In this document: positions 12,025-25,654 of the stretch, piece by piece
How positions within the stretch are numbered: the first letter of the stretch is position 1
How the letters are laid out: the number at the start of each line of letters is the position of its first letter
DNA from: Octopus vulgaris
Lineage: Eukaryota
DNA length: 64,000 nucleotides
Direction: 5' to 3'
NCBI GenBank assembly: GCA_951406725.2
Contig: OX597816.1
Location: forward strand, 145,700,001-145,764,000
Notes under the pieces: generated by a model
Told to the model about the DNA's origin: nothing
What the model saw: only the letters and a program-made list of their open reading frames with translations
Databases searched by the model: none
Program-made: the position numbers and the translations under genes

Positions 12025-12250
12025 TTGGACGAACTAAACAGCTTTGACAGAAGACAAGGGAGTTGCTAACTAGATATGGGACACTCCACCCCAAAAGGGT
12101 CAGAGACAGACTGTATGTACCAAGGAAAAGAGAATGAAGGGGACTTATTTGATGCGAACGCAGCATTAGAGCAGAAAGAAACAACATAACATGGTATGTA
12201 AAAAATATCACAGAACCGCTATTATCAGAAGTAAGATAAAAAAGCACTCT
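12025..12250 (+). mobile_element. R4/Dong-clade element, RT thumb fragment
   Basis: LDELNSFDR.TRELLTRYGTLHPKRVRDRLYVPRKRE.RGLI...WYVKNITEPLL matches the HPK.D.DRLY.PR..GGRGL motif. Confidence 0.8.
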
Positions 12251-12450
12251 CTCTCTCTTCCTCCAAAGTCAACAAAAGGCTCTTTCAGCTACCTTCACAA
12301 ATACATATACTTTTTCCAGTATCGATTGACACTGATATTGAAAAAGTGAAATCAAACAATGAAACTCGAGTCCGTGTGTATCATAAGTTGAAGACGGGAA
12401 GGATGGCTTCCCTTCGCAAATACTGATAGGGCACAGAAAGTGTGTCTATA

Positions 12451-12589
12451 GCCAGCTGGAAGTGGTGTCCTCCTGGGGCTACAAACTACAGTAGCATCCA
12501 CACTTAAGGGTTAGCTGTATTCAAATGGCAAATATACGTCACGATGTGTTGCTGCTACTGTTTATAACTCGCTCTGAGATTTATCATTG

Positions 12590-12627
<38 letters not shown>

Positions 12628-12859
12628 GAGAGAGAGATTGAGAGAGAGAGAGCCAGCTGGAGGAGGTGTCCTCCTGGGGCTACAAACTACAGTAGCATCC
12701 ACCCTTAGGGGTTAGCTGTATTCAAGTGGCAAATATACGTCACGATGTGTTGCTGCTACTGTTTATAACTCGCTCTGAGATTTATCATTGTTATATATAT
12801 ATAGATATATATATATATATATATATATGTATGTGAGAGAGAGATTGAGAGAGAGAGAG
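12451..12859. repeat. Tandem duplication, ~201-bp unit (12451-12651, 12652-12859)
   Basis: Both units read gccagctgga.g.ggtgtcctcctggggctac...tcattgt(TA)n tgtatgtgagagagagattgagag with a few substitutions. Confidence 0.95.
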
Positions 12860-13153
12860 CGCATGGCTTTAGGGTTAGGGTGTTGCACTCACGATCTAGA
12901 GATCGCGATTTCGGTTCTTAGACTGAGTGGTGCGTTGTGTACTTGAGCAAAACACTTCATTTCACGTTGCCCTGCGATAACTTTGTCACCTGCGGCGTGG
13001 TAGGCAGTTCTCCTGTTCAGACAACGTTGGTTTGATGGAGAGAGTGAGATAATGTGCAGCACGAACATTTGGTCACTAATAAACAAATCATTTGTGCAGT
13101 TTGCTACGTAAAAAGTGAACACTTATACAGCATCTTAAGTGGGAGAGTCCATC
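12858..13153 (+). mobile_element. tRNA-derived SINE (family D)
   Basis: gcgcatggctttagggttagggtgttgcactcacgatc (A box), degenerate B box, then the common SINE motif gtgtacttgagcaaaacactt. Confidence 0.7.
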
Positions 13154-16100
13154 ATATATATTCAAAGATATAATCAACGTACATACAAACATGTATGTAA
13201 TACATGCACACACATACATATATGTATATATGTATGTATGTGTGTATGTGAGTGTAAACATGTATATATCTATGTAAATGTATTTACGTATGCATTTTTG
13301 GAAAATTCGAAATTCTTAATAGACTCGGGTATTTTTTCTCTCGTTGCGAACCCTAATTATTTAAACCAAGCTAGCGCAAAGTTATGGAATTTAGCCGTCT
13401 TGCTAATGGTATAAATAGCCGAAACCCCATTCAGTTATTTCATATGAATAGAAATAAGATTAACTTTCGTTATATATTGTATTTTAACCAAAACATATTT
13501 TATAACTTACAAAATATTTATAAGTAATAGTTAGAGTAATATATTTCAATGAAAGTAATATACAACTAGTTTAATAAACAGAATAGTTACTATACAATTG
13601 TACAATTTTCCCTTTATAAATATATCACTTTTATTTAATATTACAGAGATTGTGTTTGTGCATATAGATATGTATTTATACGTGTATGTGCCTCTATATT
13701 ATGTAAATATGTAAACATCTATGTATATATATTTCCTTTTATGCAGACTGATGTCGAATGAATAAATATTTTCAAATACTTCACATTCATATATATATAT
13801 ATATGTGTGTGTGTGTGATTGCGTGCGTATACGTGTGTGTGTATGTCTATGTATACATCTACCCAAATGTCTCTATATATATATATGCACGCGTACACAA
13901 ACACACACTTCTATATATTCATACATGTGTATGCCACTTGAAGTAAAACAAAAATTATTTAGAAAACACACCTTTTAATATAGTTTTGCTTTAATTTCCT
14001 TCAATATATGATTTAAAACATTTCTCGAAATTATTTTTGCCATGAGCAGACAGTTTGATAATATGCATGTATTAGATGCAACTAGTTTCAATTCATGTTG
14101 TATATAACTTATTATTGACTTGACTGCAGTGTCTCTTTTTTTCTTCTTTTTTTAATATACATATAAAGAAATAAAATAGATTCTGAATTAAGTTTTGAAT
14201 TTGAACGTATAATCCTACGGTATATTCTGTTAGGTATTCCGAACGGATCTCTGCTGTCTTTTTTTTTTTTTTTTTTGCTATCCTTACCATCTCCTTCCTC
14301 TTCTGATATAGACATATTATCCCTGACGTCATTATAGTGAAAGAACATGTTTCTTCTCCGAGGTTCTTTTTATGAAGAAGGAAATGAGATTTAATCACAA
14401 TCTTTGACAGGTATCATTGACCTGATTAGCAAAAAGATCTATTTCACCAGCTACGTTGGTGTAATTGATTTGTAACGGAGAAAGTTCAAATTAAGTAAGT
14501 CTTATAGAATTTGATCAGAAAATTGAAAATCACGCATGGTACTGGTAGGGAAAGCTTGCACGGTTGAGACAGCCAGTTTGTTCGAAGGGACTTGAGGGGA
14601 ATATTATAGATTAAATGTTGTTTCTGTTCACTTATTTACGGATTTTTCATGAAATTGTTATTTTTATAGACTGTATCACTAAAACATATAGTTATCGGAG
14701 GGTATCAGATGTGGTATATAAACTTAATGTGGGATAACTGACCAGCCTTATTTGTTACAAGCGTTGTTCGTTACCAAAGATATCTGTAGCCGTAATATTT
14801 TTAAATGTCACAATTCAACGCTACGGTTTACTGTACAGTCATGTTCCAGTATATCAAGAAGAATGAAGCTCGTATCATTCCCCAACACATTCGTCTATTA
14901 ATTTTTGTGTAGAAAGCAATTCTCCTAACATCTTAGTCCTTTTATAATACTAGATATTTTTAACCTCATGGTATAACCTTAGATCAGTGACCATAAACTT
15001 AAACAATCTTTTACCATCTGTCACAACATGGGACAAAACGAAAATGAAACACTTCCAGCTAATAAGAAGGTGGTTCTACACTCCCCTGCTTGAAACTGTG
15101 TGTCAGTAAGGCAGGCGCCCATATTGCAATTATATCCAGTACCAAAATTATTCCACCCTAATGGCGCATGAAGTGCAAAAATTGTGATTCGTGTACCCAA
15201 GTTAATTAATTCTTACATTCCCTGGTTATCTGGGCCTATGGTCGCTATTGATATCACCAAACGTATTTTGTTTCAAATGCAGGAGTCTCTACTTTAAATT
15301 TCTCTACCTCTGCACAATCTTTTTTTCAGCATAAAAGTTCACAGTTCAACTTTCCGATGATGTAGAAATAAGTCCATAATTACTTAGGTGCAATCCTGTG
15401 TAGATCTATGTGGGTTATAGAACCCGTATTGTAAACGTCCTGAAAACAGACATGAACATATCAACGTTCAATAACAGAAGGGTAGCGGAGGTGGGTATTA
15501 AGTGGTCAAAGGACAGAAAAGTAAGTAAATAGAAAGAGAGGTAGATAGAGTGAGGAAGGAAGTTAAGGAGTGGCTTTAGGATAAAGTAAGGAATATAATC
15601 ATATAATGTCTAAGAATATAATGCACTAACATAGCTGAGAAGATAAGAGAGTATGAGGAGTTGGAGGAAGATATCGTAAAAATACAAACAAAATAGTGCG
15701 AAATGAAAGGAATTTAAAGAAAGTAGTAGGTACCAGTGGTATTCTTCTTTTCACCTGTGAGCTAGACCCCATGCTTTGTATATATGTATATATGTATGTA
15801 TACATAATACATATAAATATACATATATGTGTGTGAATGGATCACAAGTTAGTCAGGAATTTCTAAAACATCGTCCTCCAATAATACATTATTTCTTCTT
15901 TAGTGGAAGTGCAGTTCTCTGTAACAAGATGAGATGCTTAACATCAATCGCATTTCTTTTTTAAACTGTATAAGCTATTAACAATGATCGCCAGCTTTAT
16001 ATGGTATATGCAAATATAATACATACTTCACCATGTGAATTGTAGAATTTATCAGTTGTTCTACACGTTAGACTGGAAAAGAATTATACTTGGGATACAT

Positions 16101-16272
16101 TGTTCTCAGTTACCTTTTTCGACAATCAATAATCCTCACTGATCTCCTGATTAATAATCATATTTCAGGTTCTTTGGGAAAGCATTTGTTCAATAGACAG
16201 GCATGTTGAATTCTAACTTCAGTCATTTGATACTACATTACAGGACACTTTGATTTATGATTGACGAATAAT

Positions 16273-16318
<46 letters not shown>

Positions 16319-16699
16319 TACATATACACACACATACACATACACACACATTCGCACACATATATGCAGTAGAATGTAAAATAGAAAATCCTTGGTACAT
16401 TTGAAAATATGAACAGAAATGACTTCAAATTATCAAATCCATTTTTATGTATTGAATAGAGAGAGAGAGAGAGAGAGATACCTAGATGCCTTATATAAAT
16501 AGTACTTTTCTAATTTGGGTCCGACAAATATAGCATCTTTCACATTCGTCTGTGTGATTTTGGGAAACTTTTCTACAACGTACTAAAACCATCTGGGATT
16601 TCTCTTCTCTAGTGTTGTACAAATTGTTTCATCAGTCCAAGCTTTTTGTACAAATGAGGCAATAAGACACTACCTGGTCTATAAGAGGTGTATTCTTGA

Positions 16700-17753
16700 C
16701 GCTAGATAATCCTGGCTTGTTCTTGGCTGTCAATGTAATTCCGAATAATGTCTGTCAGTTGCCCGGCTATCCCATAAACACGAGAAACAACAGTATTTTG
16801 TGAAGCTTAACTGCATTCCCATTAACATTCCAATGACTTTTAAATCTTCACATATTTTCCATGAGTATCTTTCATAGGCAATACAATGAGGCAAAAATTC
16901 CATATTCTCATATGATTCATGAAGATGTACTGAATGGAGGGCTTCAAATTAACAATATGAAGAAGCACAGCTTTTAAATTTCGTTTTGAAGAGTCAATAA
17001 ACAAGCGCCAATCTGTAGGATACTTCTCCTTCAGCCCTGATGCCAACAGTTCTGCTTTATCTTTTAAGAGGGATAGGTATATGACAAGGTCATTCAGTTC
17101 AGCGTGGGAAAATTTCTGTGGCTCAAAGCTATCGTCATCAGCCACGGAATCTTCCTCAGCAGCACTATCGTGACAGTCAGCATCGTCATCTGATGTTTCA
17201 CTACCATCATCTGGTGGAACTGGAATTGGTAGACTTCCATTGTGAGTCACGTAAGCTATTTGAGCAAGATGAGCAGATCAAATGTGGTGCTCATAACTTG
17301 TCCTGATCACCAAGAGGACAGTCAAAGTATATATTATAGATCTTCTTGATCTCTGGTGTTATTATGCGTTTTCAGCTTTCACAATAAATTGTCCATAGAC
17401 AACAAAACACATCAGGACGATTTCTACACTGACTTGACATTACTAATACTGTAAAACAAGCGAGGAAATAGATACTTATACTGAATTAGAGATGAGGAAG
17501 TATTTCATCTGAACCCTGCAGCAATGAATAATGTAGTTATTTTAAAGGTATGTTCCCAAGATGTAAATGAAATACATGCATACGAGACATTAATTGGAAT
17601 TTCTATATAATGCATAAGCTAAAGCCAAAAAAACTTTCTCATTTTGAAAACTACGTGATGTCAAAAAACTAATTGTATATTTGAAATGGGCATTAAAAAC
17701 TACACTAAGTACACCTTGACATATGCATGATGAAAAATACTTGTTGACCAATG
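16700..17753 (-). mobile_element. Chapaev3-type (CMC) DNA transposon, 5' TIR plus broken transposase
   Basis: Minus strand: MSSQCRNRPDVFC...IYNIYFDCPLGDQDKL*APHLICSSC, DWRLFIDSSKRNLKAVLLH, DLKVIGMLMGMQLSFTKYCCFSCLWDSRA; terminus cattggtcaacaa at 17753 beside taa. Confidence 0.8.
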
Positions 17754-18716
17754 TAATTGAGATTTTGAATATACAATGATGGAATCACTCAATTTGTTTT
17801 TCGTTTGTATCTTCCAGTTGAAATTGAGATGGTAATTTGAGTGTTTCACATTTTAATCTATTTATTGTATCTGCCATCATTTTTGTGCGTGTGTCTATGA
17901 GACATAATAGCAAGCTGGACGCACACCGACCTTGTCCATGACAAGGAAAACAAGACAAATGTTTTCACTCTATACACTAAGACCGTCGTTGAATATTTGG
18001 GTTCTTATCATGGCAGTATATATTACATTTACATTTAGAATCTGATATACCGCTCCACTCGGCTTGCGAATAAAGTCTAAAAGCACTCAATCAATGGATA
18101 ATAGCATGAAATAAGACTACAAAATAGCATATTTTATCCAATGTAAATGAAGTTTTTTCTCGATGACATCGTAATAATAAATAATTTGCTTATATTGCTT
18201 AGTTACTGAGTAAATAAAACGGATTAAGTTATATTTAGAACAGACCATTGGCTTGTATTAGATGAAAGATTTGAGGAGAGACCACATTCTAAATGAATAT
18301 TTCACATTCAAAGTCCATTGTTTCAAAACCTGATGCCAACTTTAGGAGGAATTGTTGAACGGTGTCATCTTGAAGCTGTATTTGGTGTTAAATTTCGCTT
18401 TATTCTAGCCTTGGTTACGTATTTAGTTAATTGTCTGTATATCGTACTTTATATAACTTACGTTAGAACAGCAAATGAAAGACACTTTTTTTTAACCAAG
18501 GTATCTGAAATTAAACGTCGAAGAGATGGCAGTGTATGTGATATATTTACAATCCAATGAATATTGTATACAGACATATGCACACACATATATATGCACA
18601 TGTACATTTGACTGTGCAGACACCACTCTCTATTATATCCCACTTTATTTCTTTTCATATGCACATATAAATGTACGTTATAGATAAATTGCTTGTGTGT
18701 ATACGTATGTGCGCGT

Positions 18717-18719
18717 GTA

Positions 18720-18805
<86 letters not shown>
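18717..18805. repeat. (TA)n microsatellite
   Basis: Long near-perfect TA run. Confidence 0.97.
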
Positions 18806-18812
<7 letters not shown>

Positions 18813-19861
18813 TTACTTTAAACAAAAGATGTATAATATTATTTATACTATGTTTTTATCTCCAGAAATGGAATCACAATAACAACAGCTAATACAGAAA
18901 AGTAAGTTTACATTCTTCCATGTCATTCATATATGACATTTCATTATATTTAAATAACTTGGAATGTTGACATAAGCGCATATATACTTGTAATTTTCTT
19001 TTCACACGTGAAAGACTAAATGAAGATCTCAAAATGTAGACTAACCTGGGGAAATAATAAACGTCTCATCCTTTGAGAAAGTTATGATCTTAGAGTGTTA
19101 ATACCAAAGTGTGCATACGTGCATACGTATGAGTACTTACACCCACAGGCGCACTCATATGTATGCAAGTCTCTGTACTTTTGCGTACTGTTGTATGTGT
19201 ATGCATATGCTCCATAGAAATCAAAATGCCTTGACGCCTTTAATTACTAGCATCTTGTAGCACATTTGGTTTCTTTTTTCTCTGTATTTTCACAACGCCA
19301 TTTGTAACGTTATTTTCCCGGAATTGTGAGCATGAAATGTACCATTGTTTAGCTTGTACGTACATATCTGGTTTGGAAAAAAAGTATCTCCATTGTTGAT
19401 AAACATTTGATGAGCAACGCACTTTGGGTACTGTCGTAAACGATGATATTGAAAATATCCCTTGTTTTTATTTACCATCAATGTGAAACCGGGGCACGCC
19501 GTAAGCTTGCTGTTGAAATGCTTATCAATAATAGTGAAGATGAGGATTATTTGCTGCACATTGTCGTCAAATAATTTCAGTTTACGGCTGATATCACATA
19601 CTAATGGATAACCTTCTGTGCTCTTCCGAAATTAATTCGAGCCATTTTTTAGTATACCATGAGGAGCTGCATATTTTGTGATTAATAAACAATAATATAT
19701 ATAATTAATTGTATTTATAATCACGTAGTTCATTATATTCCAAGAAACGTTTTATATATACTTCCTTATTCCACATTAAAAAAGAAAGTGTATACATTCA
19801 GTTTTCTCAATGAATGAATAAATCACATGAAATTATGTTTGAATAATTTAATTCGTAATAA

Positions 19862-20015
19862 GTGCTGAAATAGCTGTGTGGTAAACATCTATGTCAACTT
19901 GCAACAAGTGATCTTAAATTCAGTCGCATTGTGTGACACCTTTGGCAAGAGTTTTCTACTATAACTCCAGGCTTACCTATAAGTAAATTTGGTAGACTAA
20001 ACCAATGTGGAAGTT

Positions 20016-20078
<63 letters not shown>

Positions 20079-20390
20079 TACACGCACACGCACACACAAG
20101 ACACACACCCGCGCACACACACACATATGTTTGTGCGTGTAGGTATATGTATATACATGTGAGTATTTGCATCTTTGTGTTTGCTTTTATCAGCCCCTAG
20201 TTTAAAAACCGGTGTTGCTTTCTTTACGCCCTTGTAACTTCCCGGATTGGCATAACAGACGCATATAAAAATTTACAAACAAATAAGTACTGAAGTGGAA
20301 TATTTTTTACTAAAATATTCAAGGCAGAATCTCAGCATGAGCAGAATCCAATGCCTAAAATAAGTAAACCTTAAAGAATAAATGATAAAT
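19862..20390 (+). mobile_element. Old SINE family C copy with expanded internal (CA)n
   Basis: gctgtgtggtaa...ttcagtc..acacctttggcaagagttttctactata...aaatttggtagac, microsatellite, then aaccggtgtt..tttacg and a degenerate cagcatg...aaataagtaa tail. Confidence 0.65.
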
Positions 20391-23029
20391 GTTTTCGCGG
20401 TAATACATAAAATAAGAAAACAGTAGAACATGAGAAAGACTTCTGAGATAAACTCTTTACGACCTGATAGATGTAGGCTTACGGTTAGAAATTGAATATA
20501 TTTGACGTCTCGAAACGCGAGTTTTCTCTGCGATGAACAGCTATTCATTTACATTTAATGATGGTTTCCGCTTTCATATTGAATGAAGACACCTGCTAGA
20601 AAGTCGAATTTTCCGCCTTCTTTAGATAGGGTGACTTGTAACATTTTGAGTAATATATTTCGAGGATACCGTAGAATAAACTTCGGAATATCGATAATTT
20701 CCATATCCTCCAGCGACCACCGTAATATCTAATGGAAACATCATCACAAAATGTTCCCAACACTTGACAGTGCTATCTTAGAAGTGCATTATTTGGCATG
20801 TAGGAGAATTTCACTATGCTATGTTTTGAACAGCATCAAAATGAAACGAAAGGATATAATTTATTTTTAAAAAAGGGCAGAAAATATACACCTTCTTGTT
20901 AATAATTTCCTCGTCCCTGAATAGCAATGTATCAATTGAATTTCACCGGTCTATTTTAATATGGCAATTGACATAAGGTCTTATAAGCTCTTCAAAATGA
21001 ACATTCAATTCAAGGAATTATTGTATTAGCTAATGAAAAAAATATGCAAACTTTGTATTATTGATCCCAAAGAGAACAGTTAAAAATGGTTAAAATATGT
21101 ATGACCACTAAAACAATGATGTAATGCAGAATCATAATCGATATTTAACTGCCAATAAATCGGTGTAAGTGATGAAATATCTACAAGTATAGTTTCAATA
21201 TATGAATGCTTTCGTTGGAACTACTGTACAGGAACATACATTTATACGACATTAGGATTTTAATAGAATATTAATATATTAATATAGTTGCCTTCTCTAA
21301 GGTACATACGATTACTACGTAAAAGAATTATCAAAATTAGAGCATACACATTTTCTTGCAGGAAAGGGGACCTATATATTCTGCCTGCACTGTAGCTTTA
21401 CAAAGTAATAAGTACGTTTTCGTAAGTAATATAAATCTAAATATACTGATGTTTTTAAATCTAATTCTTCTGGGAGAAAATAATATATTTCAGATTTAGG
21501 ATACACATATACATCCACACATGAATTTATTAACATAGAGGGAAACATACATTCACATACATATACATACATGATAATATATATGTTCTTAGGCAAGCGT
21601 ATTTATATGAATGAAAGTATGTTTACCTGTATGTGTGTAAGTGCGTGTGTTTGTGTGCCTCTGTGTGCAAACGCAGATATATGTATCAAAAGTTTAATAA
21701 CGTTTTTACAGTGAACAGTGTTTATAGAATAACGGTATTGTAGTCCATGAAGGAAATTAATAAGCCGTAGACTTGTTGATATTAACAGTTAGCTTCTCTT
21801 GCCAAAATATCTATAAAATATAATTAAAAATCTAAATACAGTTTAAACGCAAGAGCGTATGAAGAAAGCGGTTCTATACAAAAGCAATGTTTTAGATTTA
21901 ATGAAATATACACGGCATTTAATTCAACAGAATGCGGCAACTAAACCCAGAGACAATATTAATATTAAATTTGCCTTTCTGGTATGATATGTTTGAAAAA
22001 AGCTAATATTAAAGACACATCAAACAGAAAGCCAGTACCGGTTTAAGAATGTCAAATTATTAGTACTTTACACTGCTTTACATAAGTACAAAGCAGAGTG
22101 TATACATAAGTCCACACATAAAAATACCCATATATATATAAATATATTTTACATAGACATATTCATACGGAAGTACGTACATATATACACTCATAAGTAT
22201 ACATATTATGCATGTACATATATGATGGATAGTTGTATCTATGTGTGTATGCGTTTCTCTACATACATATATGTGTGCGTGTGTGTGTGTGTTTCTCTCT
22301 GTGTGCTTGCGAGTAGTAGTGCGTGGTTGACTGTGTTCGTAATGCATAGGTATAAAATGTATTTGTTGATACATACTAAATGTTTAACTGTTGATTCTAC
22401 AGTCTATTAACGATTTTTATGGGAACATTTTCAGAGCTGCTGATCATTTCATAGTAATGGGTGTTGTTGATGTCAGAAGATTTAATTGACAAACTAAACT
22501 GAAGCACATTCGAACAATAACGGCCATACAAAAGCGAACGTACACATGCGATTATTATGATTTATCACACGACCATAAGTGTTATTTTAATTATTTAAGA
22601 ATTTGCATCTCACTATATTACGTATATTAGCTTCTAGTAACTGTTAACTTCGTATATTGTTGGCAATTCACGGTAGTTTTTCCATCTCACTGTTTTAAGT
22701 TTTAACTCTTTCCAATTTACCTTCATTAAAATACGATATCTTACTAGTCATTTAAATAAAAGCTGGCGAAAGCTAATAATATAGTGTCCCAGTTTATCAG
22801 TATACTGTGTCGGATACCATTTAGACTTCTCTGCATTCAGTATTTAATCATATTCTTTTAAATCAGCATTTTGCGTTTATCATATAAATTCTGCTGGCAC
22901 TCGAAAAGCTTGCATTTTCAGGCAGTATGTATACTACTTATTTTGTTCTTTATTAATCGCTTTTCGTCTCTTTTACCTCTCAGTACAAACCCATCAACAC
23001 ACACACACACACATGTACATATTTACATA

Positions 23030-23865
23030 TAGGGTCACCATTTTATATCTTAAATTTCGCACATGCACCTTATTTGCTTTTGCTTTTCTCAACTACACAG
23101 TATAGTAGGGCCAGTGGGTCACCGTCTGTGAGTAAAACAGCACCATGACGCAATTCATTCTGCCAGAAATTTTAAAACGACATGCTGTACGGCGTGGCAT
23201 TTGCGCCGGAAGCTCCAATACGAATATTTCAGAGTGTTTCCGTGTCAATCTAAGAACAGTGAAGTCTGGGGACGTGTACTAAGAATGATAGAAATCAAAT
23301 ATCCACTCAACATCATGGTGTTTGGAGCGATCACTAGTAATGGCGATTTTACGCCTCCATTCATTTTCCCACACTGCCTCAGACTCAACACGGAAGCCTA
23401 CATAATGTGCCCGGAGAGGTAGTACTGCCCTGCATCAAGAGGGTAGCTGCTGGAAGACCCTAAGCCAGGCAACAGGCTTCGGAGCGATGCCACAGAAGCA
23501 GGAGAACCCAGCCATGTCTATCAGACAATTTCTGCGACCACATCATGCCTAACATCTGGCTACCTAACTGCAAACCCCTTGATTATTATGGCTGAGGCGC
23601 AGTTGAACGAGAGACCGACAAAGAAGAAATGAAGAGAAGGAATATGGCAACAGTCACCAATTTAAATAAGGATACAATTCAGAAGAGTTGCTGTTGATTC
23701 CGAAGTCATCTCGAGACTGTGGTTGAAGCCAAAGGCGATTTTATTGGATAAATTTAATTCTTAGGTATATTTATGAAATTTTGTCAAACATATCCGTTAA
23801 AATGAGATGGCAGTGCTATTTTCATTTTTACGTAATTTAGACGACAGTTTATTCACCACTCCCCT
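23030..23865 (+). mobile_element. Tc1/mariner transposon (DD37D/maT-like), internally deleted
   Basis: MVFGAITSNGDFTPPFIF, R(W)QQAS..CHRSRRTQ, IW.PN..PLDYY, FRSHLETVVEAKGDFIG*: catalytic-domain motifs, frameshifted. Confidence 0.8.
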
Positions 23866-24530
23866 TTTCTTTTTCTCGTTCTCCTTCCCTCACATTTCTT
23901 GGCATTCTCTTTCTCTAATCTCTACTATCCTTCGATAACTCCCTTGTACCTTTCCTTCTGTCCCTTCTTCTCTCACCCTCATTCTCTTTCTCTCTATTTC
24001 CTTCCCTAATTCTTCAATCCCTCTGCCCTCTACCTTTCTCTTTTCCTTCCACGTGACTGAAATTCAGCCAAGCATGATCTTTTCTGTTTTCTTTAAGCCT
24101 TACCGCCGCCTGTACAACACCTTATTTTCTCATCTCGTGACTTGCATCTATATTTGTGCCTCAAGGTTTTCACTCCACCTGCCAACTCAACTTGATTCGT
24201 CTTTATTAGTCGAAAGCTAGCTGTTACTACTCTCTTGTTGTTTGTATTTCTAATCGTGCAACATTCTCTCCGTTTTCTCGTCTGTGTTGTACATATTCCC
24301 TTGCTTTCTTCCAAAAATTTAGTGCTCTTACTCTAGCTATTTGGGGCTAAAGAATTTTGAACAGTCTCAAGTGTCTCAGGCCGAGACTGTAATTATAATT
24401 TTGAAACTTGACTGATGAATAGAAGGCCAAGAATGATTCGTCCTTGTTTTTTCCTGTCCGTCTTTGTATCGTCTATCTGTCCGTATGTTTTTACTGACGT
24501 CCGTTACGTTCTTATTCGATTTTCTGGACT
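23866..24530 (+). mobile_element. Repeat family A copy (opposite orientation)
   Basis: CT-rich block, then ttagtcgaaag, tgctctta, actgatga...gaatgattcgtccttg, tttgtatcgtctatct: reverse complement of 5071-5700; abuts (TA)n at 24531. Confidence 0.7.
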
Positions 24531-24697
24531 TATATATATATATAGTGTGTGCGTACGTGTGGTGTGTGTGTGTGTGTATGATTAATATATATACATATAT
24601 ACGTGTATTTATATTTATACATACATACATACATACACATATATATGTGTTAATGTAACTATATATAAATATGTATATATACATATATAGTATATAT

Positions 24698-24733
<36 letters not shown>

Positions 24734-25606
24734 GTATACGTACGTATTTATGCATACATATATACACACACATACACACGCACATATATATATATATATA
24801 TATATGTGAGGTATGCTACCGCTTCTCGGTTCTTATCTATCAGTTTCCCAAACCAAAGGAAATTTTAGCTACAATACATTCAGCTGACCAGCTGTTGGAA
24901 ATTGTGTGTTACAGAATCCACCAATATGTATCTCGTATCTTAAAAATTTGCAGCATTAAAACAGCAAGGGGTACAGATAATATGTTTTTTTCTGTATTGT
25001 ATTTAATTTTCTTTCCTTTATATTTTACGTTTTTTTTTTCTGACTGAATTCATCCGCTGAAACTCATCATACACTGAGCAACCAGTGCTACAGGGCAAGT
25101 TTGGGGTTCATATTCTAGTTATTATTTGTTGTAATTTGAGTATTTCTTTAGTTAAACAATACAATGCAGTCAAATGTACTTCTGCATAATATTTGCAACT
25201 GTCATGAATCAGGAAAATTTTTAATTTCTTTCCAGCATACGTGCAACTTTATGATTGTATATTTTCGAAGCCACGTTGCGTATTCTGTCACGTTCATATG
25301 GATAAAATGATTATTTTGGTTCTGTTTCTTATAAAAACTTCGGTGTTGTTTAGTACTATTACTTGAGAAAATGTATTGGTGCTTGTAACAATACCATTCT
25401 ATCACATAAAGCTGTGCGAGTTTAAACCCCGAATTTTCTCTTCTATAAATGGATGTTTTCACTAGAACTAGACGTCCATCATTCCCTTACTGACTTATTA
25501 AAACAGGATATTTACTTGGTACACATTCATACATATGTACAGACGTATATACATACGTTCATGCGCAAACACACATATATATTCAATATATATTCATTGG
25601 ATATTT

Positions 25607-25654
<48 letters not shown>

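Noticed and set aside
12451-12859. CRISPR-like or LTR pair
   Set aside because: Two adjacent units with no spacers or internal region; a simple tandem duplication in eukaryotic DNA.
12871-12880. Telomeric repeat (ttaggg)
   Set aside because: Only two units, part of the SINE D A-box region.
15060-15440. Possible CR1/L2 RT relic on minus strand (QYGF..RST, QGSV)
   Set aside because: Only two short motifs, with intervening motifs unrecognisable.
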